Shown here: one piece after another, positions 14,101-27,114 of the stretch
Position numbering within the stretch: the stretch's first letter is position 1
Layout of the letters: every line of letters begins with the position of its first letter
Origin: Ophelia neglecta
Lineage: Eukaryota
Assembly: GCA_965285935.1 (NCBI GenBank)
Contig: OZ260661.1
Coordinates: forward strand, 138,694,001-138,758,000
Length of the DNA stretch: 64,000 nt
Direction: 5' to 3'
The notes under the pieces: model-generated
Seen by the model: only the letters and a program-made list of their open reading frames with translations
Database searches by the model: none
Told to the model about the DNA's origin: nothing
Translations under genes and position numbers: made by a program

Positions 14101-15450
14101 CCAGAATTGATAAATTTAGCTTACTTTCGAGTCCATTTACATTTATTGAGACTATATTGATTTCTGGATACAGCTGATCATATAATTTGTAAGGGGGTTT
14201 GGCCGTCCTAGTTAAGATCAAGATATAAACCCGAGTCATGTGTTTCCTCTTCAGAGATTCTCAGCTTGAACAGGTCATCTAGGTTGTTTAGGACAAAAAC
14301 TTTGTCCCCCACCGCTTTCAGTGTGCATTTGATTTTACCGTCTATTGACCACACCTTGTTGACAGCTTCCTTTTCTTTCAAGTAATTCAGTAATTTTGCT
14401 CTTCTTTGGGTCAGGTGTTCGTCGACAAACACCCTTGGGTACTTCTGGTTTCCTTTGAGTTTCTTTTGTTCTTCATGATTGAGTTACGAACGTCCCTTTG
14501 CACAAATTTTGCCACTATCGGCCTTGGCTTACCTCCCCGAGGATGTCTCCCCAGACGTAGCTGGTGCTGATGTCTGTTTCAGACACAGTGATGCCGATCT
14601 CCTTGGACACTTCCTTAACGATAGAATTTGTGTTTTCTCCTTCTTCTTCTGTTACTCCCCTTATCATGATGTTATCTCTTCTCGAGTCCTGCTCCTGTTC
14701 TTCTATTCGAAATGCTTGTTTTTGTACTTCATTTTGAATTTTCCTCTGTTGTACTTGGTCCCGTGAGGTTTGTGTTGGATTGGCTTGAGGCATCACGATG
14801 ACTTACGATGGAGGTAAGTTATCTTTGGTTAATCTAACACAACAACACGCTAGCTGGATTTCACCGGAAGGAGAGAACCGTAAGGTTTATTTCTATAACA
14901 CCAGGTGTCGCAATACAGCGTCCACAATAAATGTTATACTACTTAATATAGTCTCTGCTATAATGAGATTATACTGCTAACAGGTTGCCTGCACAACGAT
15001 TTTATCATGGGCACCATAGCCAGTTCAACTGCCCTCACCACATCCTCAATCATGTTTTCATCCCGGTTTACCTATTCTGGCCTCTGGGGCATAGCACCCT
15101 CCACCAGATCGTAAACCTTGAGATCGTCTTCCTCGCCTTTAATTTCCAGAATTCCATACCTGTTTTGTGTTTCAGCCATTTCCCACGTGGTTAGATGATG
15201 GTTTTACACTTCGGCACGGGGGCCACACAATGAAAAACACGGCTTGATCACGGAGCACTTAAATCACGAAAATTGTAAAAGTCCTGTCCACAAAACCTGT
15301 AATTTTGGTATTTGCATATTCCTTGAGTGTCAATGTTGACATATATGAGTATATGTATATGTTTTGCAGAGTCCAGACATGCGAAAATGAGCAATAAATG
15401 AAGAGCACGTTGCAAGTTCGACTTACAAACCAAAATGGCAACCGGAACTC
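11102..15450 (-). mobile_element. CR1/L2-group non-LTR retrotransposon, degenerate, 3'-truncated
   Basis: ORF1 pieces SRRDNIMIRGVTEE and FVDEHLT...WSIDGKI; APE endonuclease SINVNGL, CLSETK, LGDCNAR, STID (13415-14239); RT NYRGITLL, QAGFR, FIDYRKAFD, LYADD near 11800, YLGV. Confidence 0.92.
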
Positions 15451-15459
15451 AATTGGTAC

Positions 15460-15933
15460 TGTGGAAGTTGGCGCATTGACGACAAACAACGCAGCTGTTT
15501 TGATGATGAACAAAATGTATCTTTATTTCAACGATGATGACATTCGACTAACTTGTAACACCACCCGAAGGGTAACATACAGAAGCCTGGCCTGGCTACT
15601 TCCCAACTGCACACAGCTCTGCACACTCGCACAGGCACTAACACCAGTCTAGGACTGCACCACCGGGCCTCGCAGGGCTCCGTGAAAAACTACAAAATAT
15701 GATAACAATTCTTAATATCGATATTCTAAAGTATGACAAATTAACCTTACGACACTTATTAAGCGGTACCAACCTCCTTGGGGGGTGTCCACTGTAGAGA
15801 AAATCGACGAAATCAAATAATTCGAGGGATAACTTTCCCACAAGCACCTCGCTCAAAGATGCACGCCAAGGACACACGTGGGCCCACTTATCTCAAAGGG
15901 GTCCCGGGAGATAGTAGTATACCGCCACTAACA
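15460..15933 (-). repeat. BEL 3' LTR (474 bp)
   Basis: Near-identical to 21345-21794 with 24 extra bp; adjacent to the PPT. Confidence 0.95.
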
Positions 15934-18900
15934 CTCCCCAAAATTATCAACTTTACATAATTTTCATAGAGATAGATCTAACATATTATTATAAAATAAA
16001 GGAGCTGTCTCACATGAGATTCAGCGACAATACATACATAAACCAAAGTACACCGAATTACCCGGACTGACCTCAGTTGTACGAAGTTACCCCAGTTACC
16101 CCTCAGCCAAATATACATCTAATACAAAAAATACAATAGTAAATATATGACTTCTCGTAAAAACTACCAGTATTCACAAAGGATAGCAAGCAAAACTAGT
16201 GTTTGCACCCAATCTGGTGGAGGCACTAAGGAGATTTAGGCTCCCCATCCTGAGCTTCCAACAGCAACACAAGCTTGTGAACCGGGCGCTCCAGAAACGA
16301 CTGTGGATGTACCCGTTTGCCCTTTGCGTCGAGCTTGCGATCGCCGACACAAACCTTGACCGTGCGAACACGATCGTCAGAACTACGATTTACTGACACA
16401 ACACGTGCGACCAACCACTGATTGCGAGGAGAATTTCCGTCAGACACTATCACCACATCACCTATGCGGAAGTCTCGATGTGTCATGTTCCACTTGGCAC
16501 GGCTCTGCAAAGTGGACAGATATTCACGTTTCCACCTCGACAAGAATTGATCAGCCATGTAATGTACCCTCCTCCAACGTTTACGACTGTAAAGGTCCTC
16601 CCTTTGGAAGTTACCAGGAGGGGGGAAGAAGATTGTAGTCTTCATGGTAAGTAAGGCATTGGGTGACAGAGGAACTTTGTCACCGTCATGTAAGTAGTCC
16701 AAAGAGAGAGGTCGGCTATTGATTATAGCCATTACCTCATAGAGTAAGGTCCTGAGAGAATCGTCATCCAGTTGTGTACCACTCTGTAACAACAACCCAG
16801 AGAGTACACTTCTGATCGTCCGGATGTGACGCTCCCACACCCCTCCCATGTGGCTAGAAGCCGGGGCGTTGAACCTAGATTGGAAGTCACAGCCTTCCTG
16901 CAGTAAATGTCGATGGACCTTCATCCTATATTCTATGGGCTCGGACAAGCCCTCCATGTCACTAAACCAAAGAAAACGCAAGAAGTCTCTATGAGCAGGG
17001 GTTACCTGAAAGCGATAAAACATGCTTTCAATGTCGCACGCGACGGCAATGCGACCCTCGCGAAAACGCATAACTACTCCTATCAAGGAGTTCATAAAAT
17101 CAGGGCCAGACAGAAGACAGCTATTCAGACTTGTACCCATAAAATTGGCACTACAATCAAATACTACCCTGATCTTGTCCTTGTTCCCCTGCTGGTATAC
17201 ACCGTGGTGTGGAATATACCACACCTGACCAGCTGGGGAGCATCAGAGGCAGGAACCTCTTCGCAATAGCCGTTTTCTATCATCTGGCGCATGAATGAAC
17301 AGTAATCAGCCTTGAACTTTTCATCGTTTGACATTCGTCTTTTCAAGGCCCGTAGTCTACCCAACACCTGATCTCTGTTGTTAGGCAGAAATGGAGGTTT
17401 AGCTTCCTTAAAAGGAAGCGGCATTATATACTGACCATTGGCCGACTGAGATATGCCCTCTTTCATGGTCTCAAGGAAAGTAATATCTTCCTGAGACAGA
17501 GAAGCATGTTCCTCGGATTTCTCAATAAAATCTGATTGAAACATTTCCAAAATAGTAGAAGTAGAGATCATCTCTTTGACTGACGTACGCAATGATACTA
17601 ACATCTCTTAAGGTTCTTGCTCAGAGACACGCAAAGACTCAGGCACCTGACAAGCAATGATTCGCTGACTCAGGCCTACAGGATCACAATCCCCTGAGTC
17701 CGCATAATCAGACCTCATAACCCCAACAACACTCCAACCCAAATCCGTCAGAACCGCAAAAGGACCATTCCCTGGATGGGGAATAACGTCCCGAGGAGCA
17801 AGGGCCTGTGGGCAGTTATATCCGATGAGCAGTCCAACTTCGCAATCTAATAGAGGACTAATATGCTCCGCAACACTACCCAGATGCGCCCATTTCTCCA
17901 ACATTTCAGGATTAGGGATGTGAGACCTTTGTGCTGGTATGGCACCACGAGTGTAAGTAGGTGGGAGGCTTATAACGCAGTCTGTATCTAAGCCTCTGAC
18001 CCTGAGTCCCTCAATACGCCTACTGGAAACAGGCTGGTCCCTGGCTAGCATGGTAGATAGAAGGAGCTTGATCTCTGGTCCCTCAACTTCCAATGCTGAA
18101 CAAGTATCGTCCAGAATGAAAGAAGAGTCGGACTGTGTGTCCAACAACGCATACACTAGCCGCTCCTTATCTGGCCTATCTACATGTGAAAGCCAAACCG
18201 GTACTATCATAGAAGCCTGATCGCGACATGATGCATGACCCATGTTACTTGTGCTAAAGGCAACAGATGGCTGAGTAGAAGGCCTTGCCTCCTGTTTTGG
18301 TGCAGTCTGGACCTGCACGTTTACTTCTGACTTAGTCTCAACCTGAGATGTATCAGGCTTAACAGACTGACCTGTTCTAACGTCCCCATGTAAGACTGTA
18401 GGGTGACGCTTGTAACAAACCAGGTAAGACGATTCCTGCAATTTTTTGACCTATGACCTGATTTCAAACACCCGAAACACAGACGTTTCTCAATAATAAT
18501 GGCCTTTCTCTCTGGTAGTTCCCTTTCGGTCAAAACTGGGCAATCGCTCAAGCCATGGTTTTTCTGGCATATTTCACACGAATCTGGGTGACTCGCAGCA
18601 CTAGGTACTTGACTCTTGGTGTTGTGAACGTGACTATCCACAGGCCTCTTGTCTGACCGGAACCTATGAGCACCCGCCTCACCAGAAACAGAGGCTTTAT
18701 CACCACCTACCATGCCCTTGATGGACTGCAAGGAGCATGCCGGGTCGCAAGCAATATCAGCTTCGATCTGTAGGAACGTGACAAATTCGTGAAATGGCGG
18801 AAATATTTGCCTTTCACTTTTGTATTCGTGAACCTTTCGGTTCCATCGGACTATGACCCAGTCCGGGAGTTTGGTGAGAATTTTTCTATTCTCAAACTCA

Positions 18901-19167
18901 TCGTTCAACACAGATAGAAGGGGAATGCTTGCCATAGCTCCCTCGCACTGTAGCAGGAAATCGCTCAGACGACGCATATCCTCTCCATTCTGAGGAGGGA
19001 TCCTTTTCCAGGAATTGATTTTTTCCCTGAATGCCTGAGCCACCGTAAAAGGATCTCCGAATCGCCTCTCCAACAGTTCTCTGGCCTTTGTATAAGCCTC
19101 GGAACTACTCAAATAGAAATAACCCTCCACCGCTGCCTTGGCAGGACCAGCCAGGTACTTTCTCAAG

Positions 19168-19652
19168 AGAAGACTTCTGTGTGGTGCGCTTATTCAGTCT
19201 CACTTTGATTATGGCTGTAAATTCTGGTTTTATGGTGTGTCTGCGTACACAAAAAAGCGTTTACAGTGCGCCCAAAACAAGGCTGTTCGTTTTGTTTATG
19301 GACTGCATCCCAGGCAGCACTTAGATGGGTCCTTCTTCAATTCTTCAAGGAATTGTCATGGCTATCGGTTGAAAAGAGTGGATTTTCTTACTTTATGTCT
19401 TGTTTTTAAGTGTGTAAATGGATGTGTGTCACTCGCTGCTATTATTTTGTGGTGCTATGTATTGTCGTCCACTCTCTAGTCAAGGGCCGTAATGGAAATA
19501 AGTCCTCATCTGCAGAACTTTTTATGCTCCCTTTTCAGGAGATTGGGAAATGTGATGGTGCCATATATTTATTGTTTTCTGTGATATACATTGTATTTTG
19601 TACACCGTCTATTTTACTTTTTCTGAATAAAATCAAATCAATCAATCAAATC
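19168..19652 (+). mobile_element. 5'-truncated CR1/L2-type LINE 3' fragment nested in BEL gag
   Basis: ALIQSHFDYG...KRLQCAQNKAVRFV (ORF2 C-terminus); AATAAA then (AATC)n tail; splits gag between ERLY and LRKYL. Confidence 0.85.
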
Positions 19653-21344
19653 ATACAACCGCTCATCAGGGGGAACACCTTTCTGACTAACTAGGACTTC
19701 GAAAGCATTTTTCCACCCAGGGTATTTCAGAGGGTCGCCAGAAAATGTACCAGGCTCCGGAGGGGGCAAGCGACTCAAGTGCAGCTGTTCACTTAGTCTT
19801 GGTAATTTCCAACATGCCGTTAGCCACTATATCATGCGAGTGAGAGACACTAGAACTAATTTCAGAACCACCATCTTCCTTGGTGGTCGTATCAGCCAAT
19901 TTATACAAGGTTTCCGCAACAGACTTTGTATCAGAGTCACCAGCTTTACTTTGAGGCCGGGAACCCTTGTCACTCGCAGACTTACTATGATCGGACAGAT
20001 CCCCCTCGACCTCCTCAATAGCTTCCATTTTGGCCTCAAAAACACGCAAGTCACGCAAAATTTTCAACCTTTCTAATTCAGCTCTCTTTTTGGCCTCTAA
20101 ATCCACAAATTCCAATTTAGCCTTAAGCATGGCAACATCAGCCTTAGTCTCGGCTCGCCTAGACCTACTAGACCTACCAGACTTATGTGAACTACCACCA
20201 GACCTATGCGAACCAACAGAGCTGCTAGACCCAGACAACTGTTCAAACTCTATTAGCTTGATATGCTCATATATTGCTTTCATAGATTGTAGGGTTTGTG
20301 ATTCAACCTCATCAAACCTGTTATGGATATCAGAGTCTGCAGAGAGGTAAGTATTCACCCTGTAATAAGCGTCGGTGACATCTCGTGACCTACTCAACAA
20401 GGAATCTCTAGCTCCTTTTATAACAGATATGTCCTTTTCATCTGATAATAAAACCTGTACCTGTATATAAAGGGCTCTCCATGCGGAGACTGCAGTACTA
20501 AATGCAGCCCGACCCCTTTCGGTCTTCCATTCCCTGCCCTTTTTGGTTAATGAGCGTTCACTAGGGTCCATCAGTTTGACGCCAGTTTGAGGGTCCTCCC
20601 CCTCAGCCCCCATACGACCAGACCTGGGCAAACCTAGCTCCGCACCTACATGTATATCTAAGCTTGGGGGTAACCCTTCTTTGACATCACCTGACATCTT
20701 AAAGTTTACCACTCAAATATATATAAAATGCATACAAGACAGATCATATCAACATTTCTACATCAATGTTGGCAATGCAAAACAGACATCATATCAAAAT
20801 ATTCCACATCAATATCAATAGTGACAGTCAGACACTGCAGTACATACAAAACAACTGATGCAGAATAATGCAGAACCTGAAATCATGTTACAAATTTAAA
20901 AAACAGTACACTGTGCAGCATTGGCTACTAATACGTGAGACACAATGGTACCAATACGTTATTCGCACCTGGAAATACTCATACAATAGGCCTGGACAAT
21001 CACACAATTCTGGTGCTACTTTACTTTACTTGTGTAAATACCTCAAAATGCCATATTTAAAGTCTAAACGCAAACGTGCAATATTTAGACTGTATGGGGA
21101 TTACATACAAATTACTCAAGACAGGCCTATAAACCAATGTCAATATAGCAAATGTCAATGTCAAATTAAATGTCTGCACTCAAACGTAGAAAATAGCATG
21201 TGACATGTCTCCACCTGCCGACGTGAAGAGCTGTTGTTCCATCCTTGGCTAATCCGTGCTGATCCGTATCCGTGCTGCATTGGTGCCGTCACGCAATGAC
21301 CTACTTTGACGCAGTTCATGAAGACTCCCGGTGGAGTTTTTCAC

Positions 21345-21794
21345 TGTGGAAGTTGGCCCATTGACGACACACAACGCAGCCGTTTTGATGATGAACAAAA
21401 TGTATCTTTATTTCAACGATGATGACATTCGACTAACTTGTAACACCGCCCGAAGGGTAACATACAGAAGCCTGGCCTGGCTACTTCCCAAATGCACACA
21501 GCTCTGCACACTCGCACAGGCACTAACACCAGTCTGGGACTGCACCACCGGGCCTCGCAGGGCTCCGTGAAAAACTACAAAATATGATAACAATTCTTAA
21601 TATCGATACTCTAAAGTATGACAAATTAACCAACCTCCTTGGGGGGTGTCCACTGTAGAGAAAATCGACGAAATCAAATAATTCGAGGGATAAGTTTCCC
21701 ACAAGCACCTCGCTCAAAGATGCGCGCCAAGGACACACGTGGGCCCACTTATCTCAAAGGGGTCCCGGGAGATAGTAGTATACCGCCACTAACA
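21345..21794 (-). repeat. BEL 5' LTR (450 bp)
   Basis: Direct repeat of 15460-15933. Confidence 0.95.
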
Positions 21795-22800
21795 GGTACA
21801 TTTATTGATATCTTCGTAGTGTTCAAGACCAGTCAATGTCAAGGCCACAACTGTCAAAACGCCAACTGACAGGCCTATCTGTTTTGGTTTGCTTCCTCTG
21901 CGCGTTAAGACTAGCAACTTTTTTCAGCCTAACATGTGCTACAAGTTCTCACACTCAGCAGAAGTTTTTCTTTAATTACTTTCTTTCTTGCAGCGTTCTT
22001 CTTGAAGACCTGTTGTGTTTGAACTTTCTATACGTGTCTCTCAGGTAAGTTATCAATGGCAGGCTTCACAGCCGGTCCTATTTTTTATCATTCCATGGGG
22101 AGAGTGAGTACTTACATTACTTTGGAGTACAATTGGACAACAAGTGAAGTGCTGAAGCGTATCTTATTCAGGTTTCTCTCCTTTTAAGGAAATCTTCTTC
22201 CTAAACCTTGCCATTTTAAAGGATATGCTAAAAGGGCTATTTCTCCTGGCAGGGTTTTATGTCTATATTCTTAGGTTTGGGCGACCCACTTAGTGTCGAG
22301 AATAAGCATGAGCATTTTACGGTAGACAGGTGCCTTTTTATCGGCACACCATTACCATAATTTCAACTAAATACCCCCTCCGGGCTTTTGCCACATGATT
22401 AGATGAAATGAATTATGATCATGAACATCATTTTCCAGTTCACTGTGTCAGTAGGACCAGCAGCAGAATTTCCATTTTTCTTTTTATATATCTTTTTATT
22501 GAAATATAAAGGGTTCGAAGGCTGAAGCATACAATAATAACAATACATATCCTTCACAAAGTTTACAGATGAAGATTGGCATTTTTCTAAAATATGGCCT
22601 AATGAAAAGTGCACTGGAAAATCAAATTTATTAAGTGATGATTTTATTCCTTCTTGTATCACTTCACTTTTAATTGTATACTTAGTGGCTGATATTTTAT
22701 CTGCAAAATTCTTATGAGGAGGATGTATTAATAATCCATGTATATGCTATCCATTCCATACTAGTTTTTCTTGATTTCTATTTTGTATTAATTCTGCATA

Positions 22801-25800
22801 GTGAGAGTGAGGCAGCGTGTGTGTGTGTGTGTGTGGCCTTTTCATCTATTTTGCAAGATTAAAATGTTATAGCCCAGAAGGCATATGAGGAATATATTTC
22901 TAATCATCTAGTGTACCTGTTTGGGAGGAGGATTTCTGTGTCTACGGATGTTTTATGAGCATTCTGTGTGTTTTTCTATACACTTTATATACATAATGTC
23001 TGGAAATGGTCAACAAACATCAGCAGGGGGAGGGGGGGGGGGCATCAGCCAAGAAAGGTGACAATATGGATATGTCTGAAACACTTCTGAAACAGATACT
23101 TCAGAGACTAACATCAATAGAAACCAAAATCACGGACATTGAAAACAATATTAGCAGTTTTAATCAAAGACTATCTGATGTGGAGACAAAAGTTTCTTAT
23201 ATAGAAACAGGAAACGTTGATCTACAAAATGGACTTGGTTATATGGAATCTGTTCAGTCTGAACAGGAAGCAACCCTTAACAAAATCAAAGATATTATGG
23301 CTACCAAGGAAGATGTGGTAGGGTTGAAACTCATTTTGTCTGATCAAGGAAATAGGATGAGAAGGAATACTATCATCATCCATGGGATGGTGGAAGAAAC
23401 AAACGAAAGTGAAGATCTCCTTAAGAGTAAAGTCCGTAAGGTACTTACTGAAAAACTTCATATACATGAGGATCTTGAGATAGAGAGATTACACAGAGGT
23501 AGGCTTAAGGGTGCTGGAAAAGGCAACAAGCCGAGGATAGTTCACGTTCGCTTTTTCAGAAGTGGAGATAAGGAAAAGTTCTTGACGTTGCCCCTAAAAT
23601 ATTGAAGGAGGAGGACATCTTTATCACTGACAGTGTGGACTATTACAAACAAAATATTGAAAAGAAATTGAAAGTCAGAATGAGGGAGCTCAGGCGACAG
23701 GGAAAGTGTGCTTTTGTACCATTTACGGTCCCTCGTATTTTGAAATATCGAGAACCCGCTGAAAGGAAATGGAAAACCTATTCCCTGCCCGAGGAAGAAG
23801 CACACCTTTTGCTGTACGTGTCCCCCTCCGACCTGCCAACTGGTACAGACTTATTTGAATAACTCCGTGGACCAAGTATAATTAACAACTTCCAGGGTAT
23901 GACTAAAGAAATGATGGTGAGGGCCGCTGAATATCTCAGCTAGCAGTTATATTGACTGTGCACGATCAATTAGTGTCACTACTTGACTGTGTCAACAGCT
24001 GTAATATATTTTTTGCATAACACACACCCTAAATGTGGTCTCCTTTTCATTGTTTGGTTTAACGATATGTTTTGTGCACATGTGAAATATTTTGTCTATG
24101 GTGCTTTGCTGAACTAAGTATTTAGTTCCTGTTTTGGGGTATGGTTTGCTGGCCCTTTGCACCATGGATAATTGCCTGGTCACAGCGTATTACATGTCAC
24201 ATGTTTTTGGTGAGCATAAACAGCCCAACTCCTGAAAAGTTGTGGGCTTATTTTTATGCACTTTTATGTTTGTTCTTTTGCACAGTTTGTTTTTTGGGAC
24301 ACATGTTATATATGCATGAAAACATGCCACATGCAATACTTCCAACTCTATTATACCTTACTGAGGTCATAGAAAGTAATTGGAAACATTTTGTCTTTGT
24401 CACAAGAATTGGCCTATTACTGCAACTTTTGAGGGTTAAGAGCAAGTCCTTTAGCATTACCCAAATTGTCACATTTTGATACACAAATGTTTACTACATA
24501 CATTATCAACCCAGAGCTATGGTTAATTCTGAAACTTTCTTGAATATGTTTGGGGGACTTCATAACAACTCCCTACAACATTTATTAAATGCACATCGTG
24601 AAAATGATAAACTATCGGCTGATAATGAACCTGACATCTTTCAATGTTCCCCTTATGCTGGTAGTGATGAGCTAATTAGAAGTCTCTCTGAAAAACCTAA
24701 TTATTTTTCTGTTCTCAGTATGAACTGACAGAGTCTGAATGCAAAGTTTGATCAGCTACTGGTACTTTTGACAGAACTGAAAGAAAAAAAATGTTCTTTT
24801 TAGTGCTATTTGCCTTCAAGAGACCTGGCTCTCTGTTGATTCTGATATATCTTTACTTCATATTGATGGCTATGATATTATCTCCCAGGGGAAGGTTGCT
24901 TCAGACCATGGTGGTTTAATTACTTATCTTAGGGACTGTTATGAGTATAGTTTAGTGCAATTTAATGCTGGTCCACCGTCTTCATTGTGGGAGGGCAAAT
25001 TTATTGAAGTCTCTGGTTCATATATTGCACGGAAAACTGTACTGGGAAACATATATCGTCCTCCCAGAGACCTTCTTGACAATTACACTACTTTTATAAA
25101 TGAATTTTCCTATGTTCTGGAGCAACTAGATAGCAGAAATTGTGAGGGGATATTAGCCGGGCATTACAATAATGATCTTTTGAAACTCAATGTTAGATCG
25201 ATATTTTCAGATTATTTTGATAACATTACTTCACATGGCTTCTTCCCAAAAATTACCCTTCCCACCCGATTTTCAAAATATAGGGGTACACTGATTGACA
25301 ACTTTTTATGCAAATTGAGCACTCGGACTTATAATGCTGCTTGTTATGGAGTCAAATTTCTGATCACCATCCATATTATATAAAAATTGACAATTTACTA
25401 CATCAAAGAAATACGTCTTCTAAATATGTCGAAGTTCGCCGTAATGACGGGCAATCACTTTTAAACTTTGAAAGAGAAGTGGCTCGATCAAATATAAAAA
25501 AAATATTTTGATGAGCATAAGTTTACAGACCCTGAAGCATGTTATGAGATTATTAGTTCAAGCCATTGGAACTAATAAGGAGTTATTTTAGTGGTCGTAA
25601 ACAGTATGTTTCTTTAGATAATTATTCAACTGACTTAAGGCTCTATTATAACAGGTGTTCCCCAAGGATCCATCTTAGGTCCGTTACTCATTATTATATA
25701 TATCAATGACATCAGCCATGTCAGTGACCTATTTAATAGTATTATATATGCTGACGACACTACATTGTCTAGCATCCTTGGTGTCTTCAATCCTCCTCCA

Positions 25801-27114
25801 GTTGGTGAAAATATAAGCGTTACCATAAACAGTGAATTGGTTAAAATAAACAACTGGCTTAAATTAAACAAATTATCTTTAAATGCCTCTTAAACCAAAT
25901 TTATGCTATTTCATATGCCTAATAAGAAGTTTACTATCCCTGATCTATTTATTGATAATATGCCTTTTGAATACGTTAGGAATTTTAATTTTCTTGGCAT
26001 AGTTCTAAATGAAAATTTGAATTGGGATAGCCATATGACCAAGGTTTCCAATGTTATCTCTAAAACTCTAGGAATTTTAAATAAACTCAAAACTACTCTG
26101 CCTGCCTCCATATTAAAATGTCTCTATAATACTCTGATTTTACCGCATTTAAACTATGGAATTCTACTGTGGGGTCTTGACCCTAAAAGGCTCCGAATTC
26201 TTCAAAAAAATCAATTCGTATTATTACTAACAGCCGGTACATATCTCACACTTCACCTCTCTTTAAGGAGCTAGTTATTCTTAAGCTTACTGATATCTAC
26301 AAAACTAATATTCTTAAATTCTATCACAAGTACATACACAATAGCATTCCAACATATTTCAGTGACTTTAACTTACGCATAGCCTCTGAGTTGCATGAAC
26401 ATGACACCAGAACTAGATCTCGATTCTATCAAACCTTTGTGAGGCATAACTTTGCCATGAAATGTCTTAGGTATCAACTCGTCTCTGAGATGAATGAAAT
26501 CCCAGATCACATTAAGCAAATGGCTAATGTCCTTGTTTTTCCTAGTTTTTGTGCTTATATGAAATCTTTTATTATTGATACCTATTCTATTACATGTGAA
26601 AAGGAAAACTGTTGTGTATGCCTTAGGGCTGCGCAGCCTCCATGATTAACTTGTAATCATAGAATGTCTAAATATTACTACACATTGTGTATATATCATG
26701 CTATACTAACTTTACTTCTTGTATTTGCCCCAGATCTGCTATCTCCTTGTTAACAATCTGTGATATATTAAATTAAATTATCAAATTTTAAATTCGTATT
26801 GTATTAAGTGCATTCTTGTATTAAGTTAATGTTCCTCTTTTATTAGTATACTCGCTATTGTACATTTGTTGTATTATATCTGATTTCTAGTCTACTCCAT
26901 AACACAGTATCTGCTCTATTTATTTAATTTTTCTGGGTGGCCCTCATGGTAGCGTCCATTGGGACTTAGTGGGGGTCTCCCAACCAAACTAATCTCTCGA
27001 TTGTAAATACTTATTTTGTTAATAATTGTCTTTGTGTAGCATTATGGTTGGAATATATATATTTTTTGCATGTTATTATTAATTTGGTTGAATAAAAGTT
27101 CAGTTTAGTTCAGT
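22801..27114 (+). mobile_element. CR1/L2-group LINE, degenerate, with internal ORF2 deletion
   Basis: ORF1 23006-23862 (coiled coil, RRNTIIIHG); endonuclease CLQETWL, IYRPP, TLIDN; jump near 25565 to RT GVPQGSILGP, YADD, FLG; C-terminal Cys cluster CEKENCCVC; AATAAA plus (GTTCA)-like tail. The 5' end is approximate. Confidence 0.9.

Larger units (their letters stand above)
15460..21794 (-). mobile_element. BEL/Pao LTR retrotransposon, internally deleted, with GGTAC target-site duplication
   Basis: TG..CA LTRs; TSD at 15455-15459 and 21795-21799; gag 19789-20712 and 18321-19166 with Cys/His knuckles, protease ALLDTQS, RT WYIPHHGV/RVVFDCSA/CDIESMF, integrase C-terminus MGGVWER..RPVHKL; polypurine tract at 15934-15939. 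Confidence 0.96.

Noticed and set aside
15398-15960. Duplicated small ORFs (also 21331-21869) as a gene pair
   Set aside because: They are incidental frames within the two BEL LTRs.
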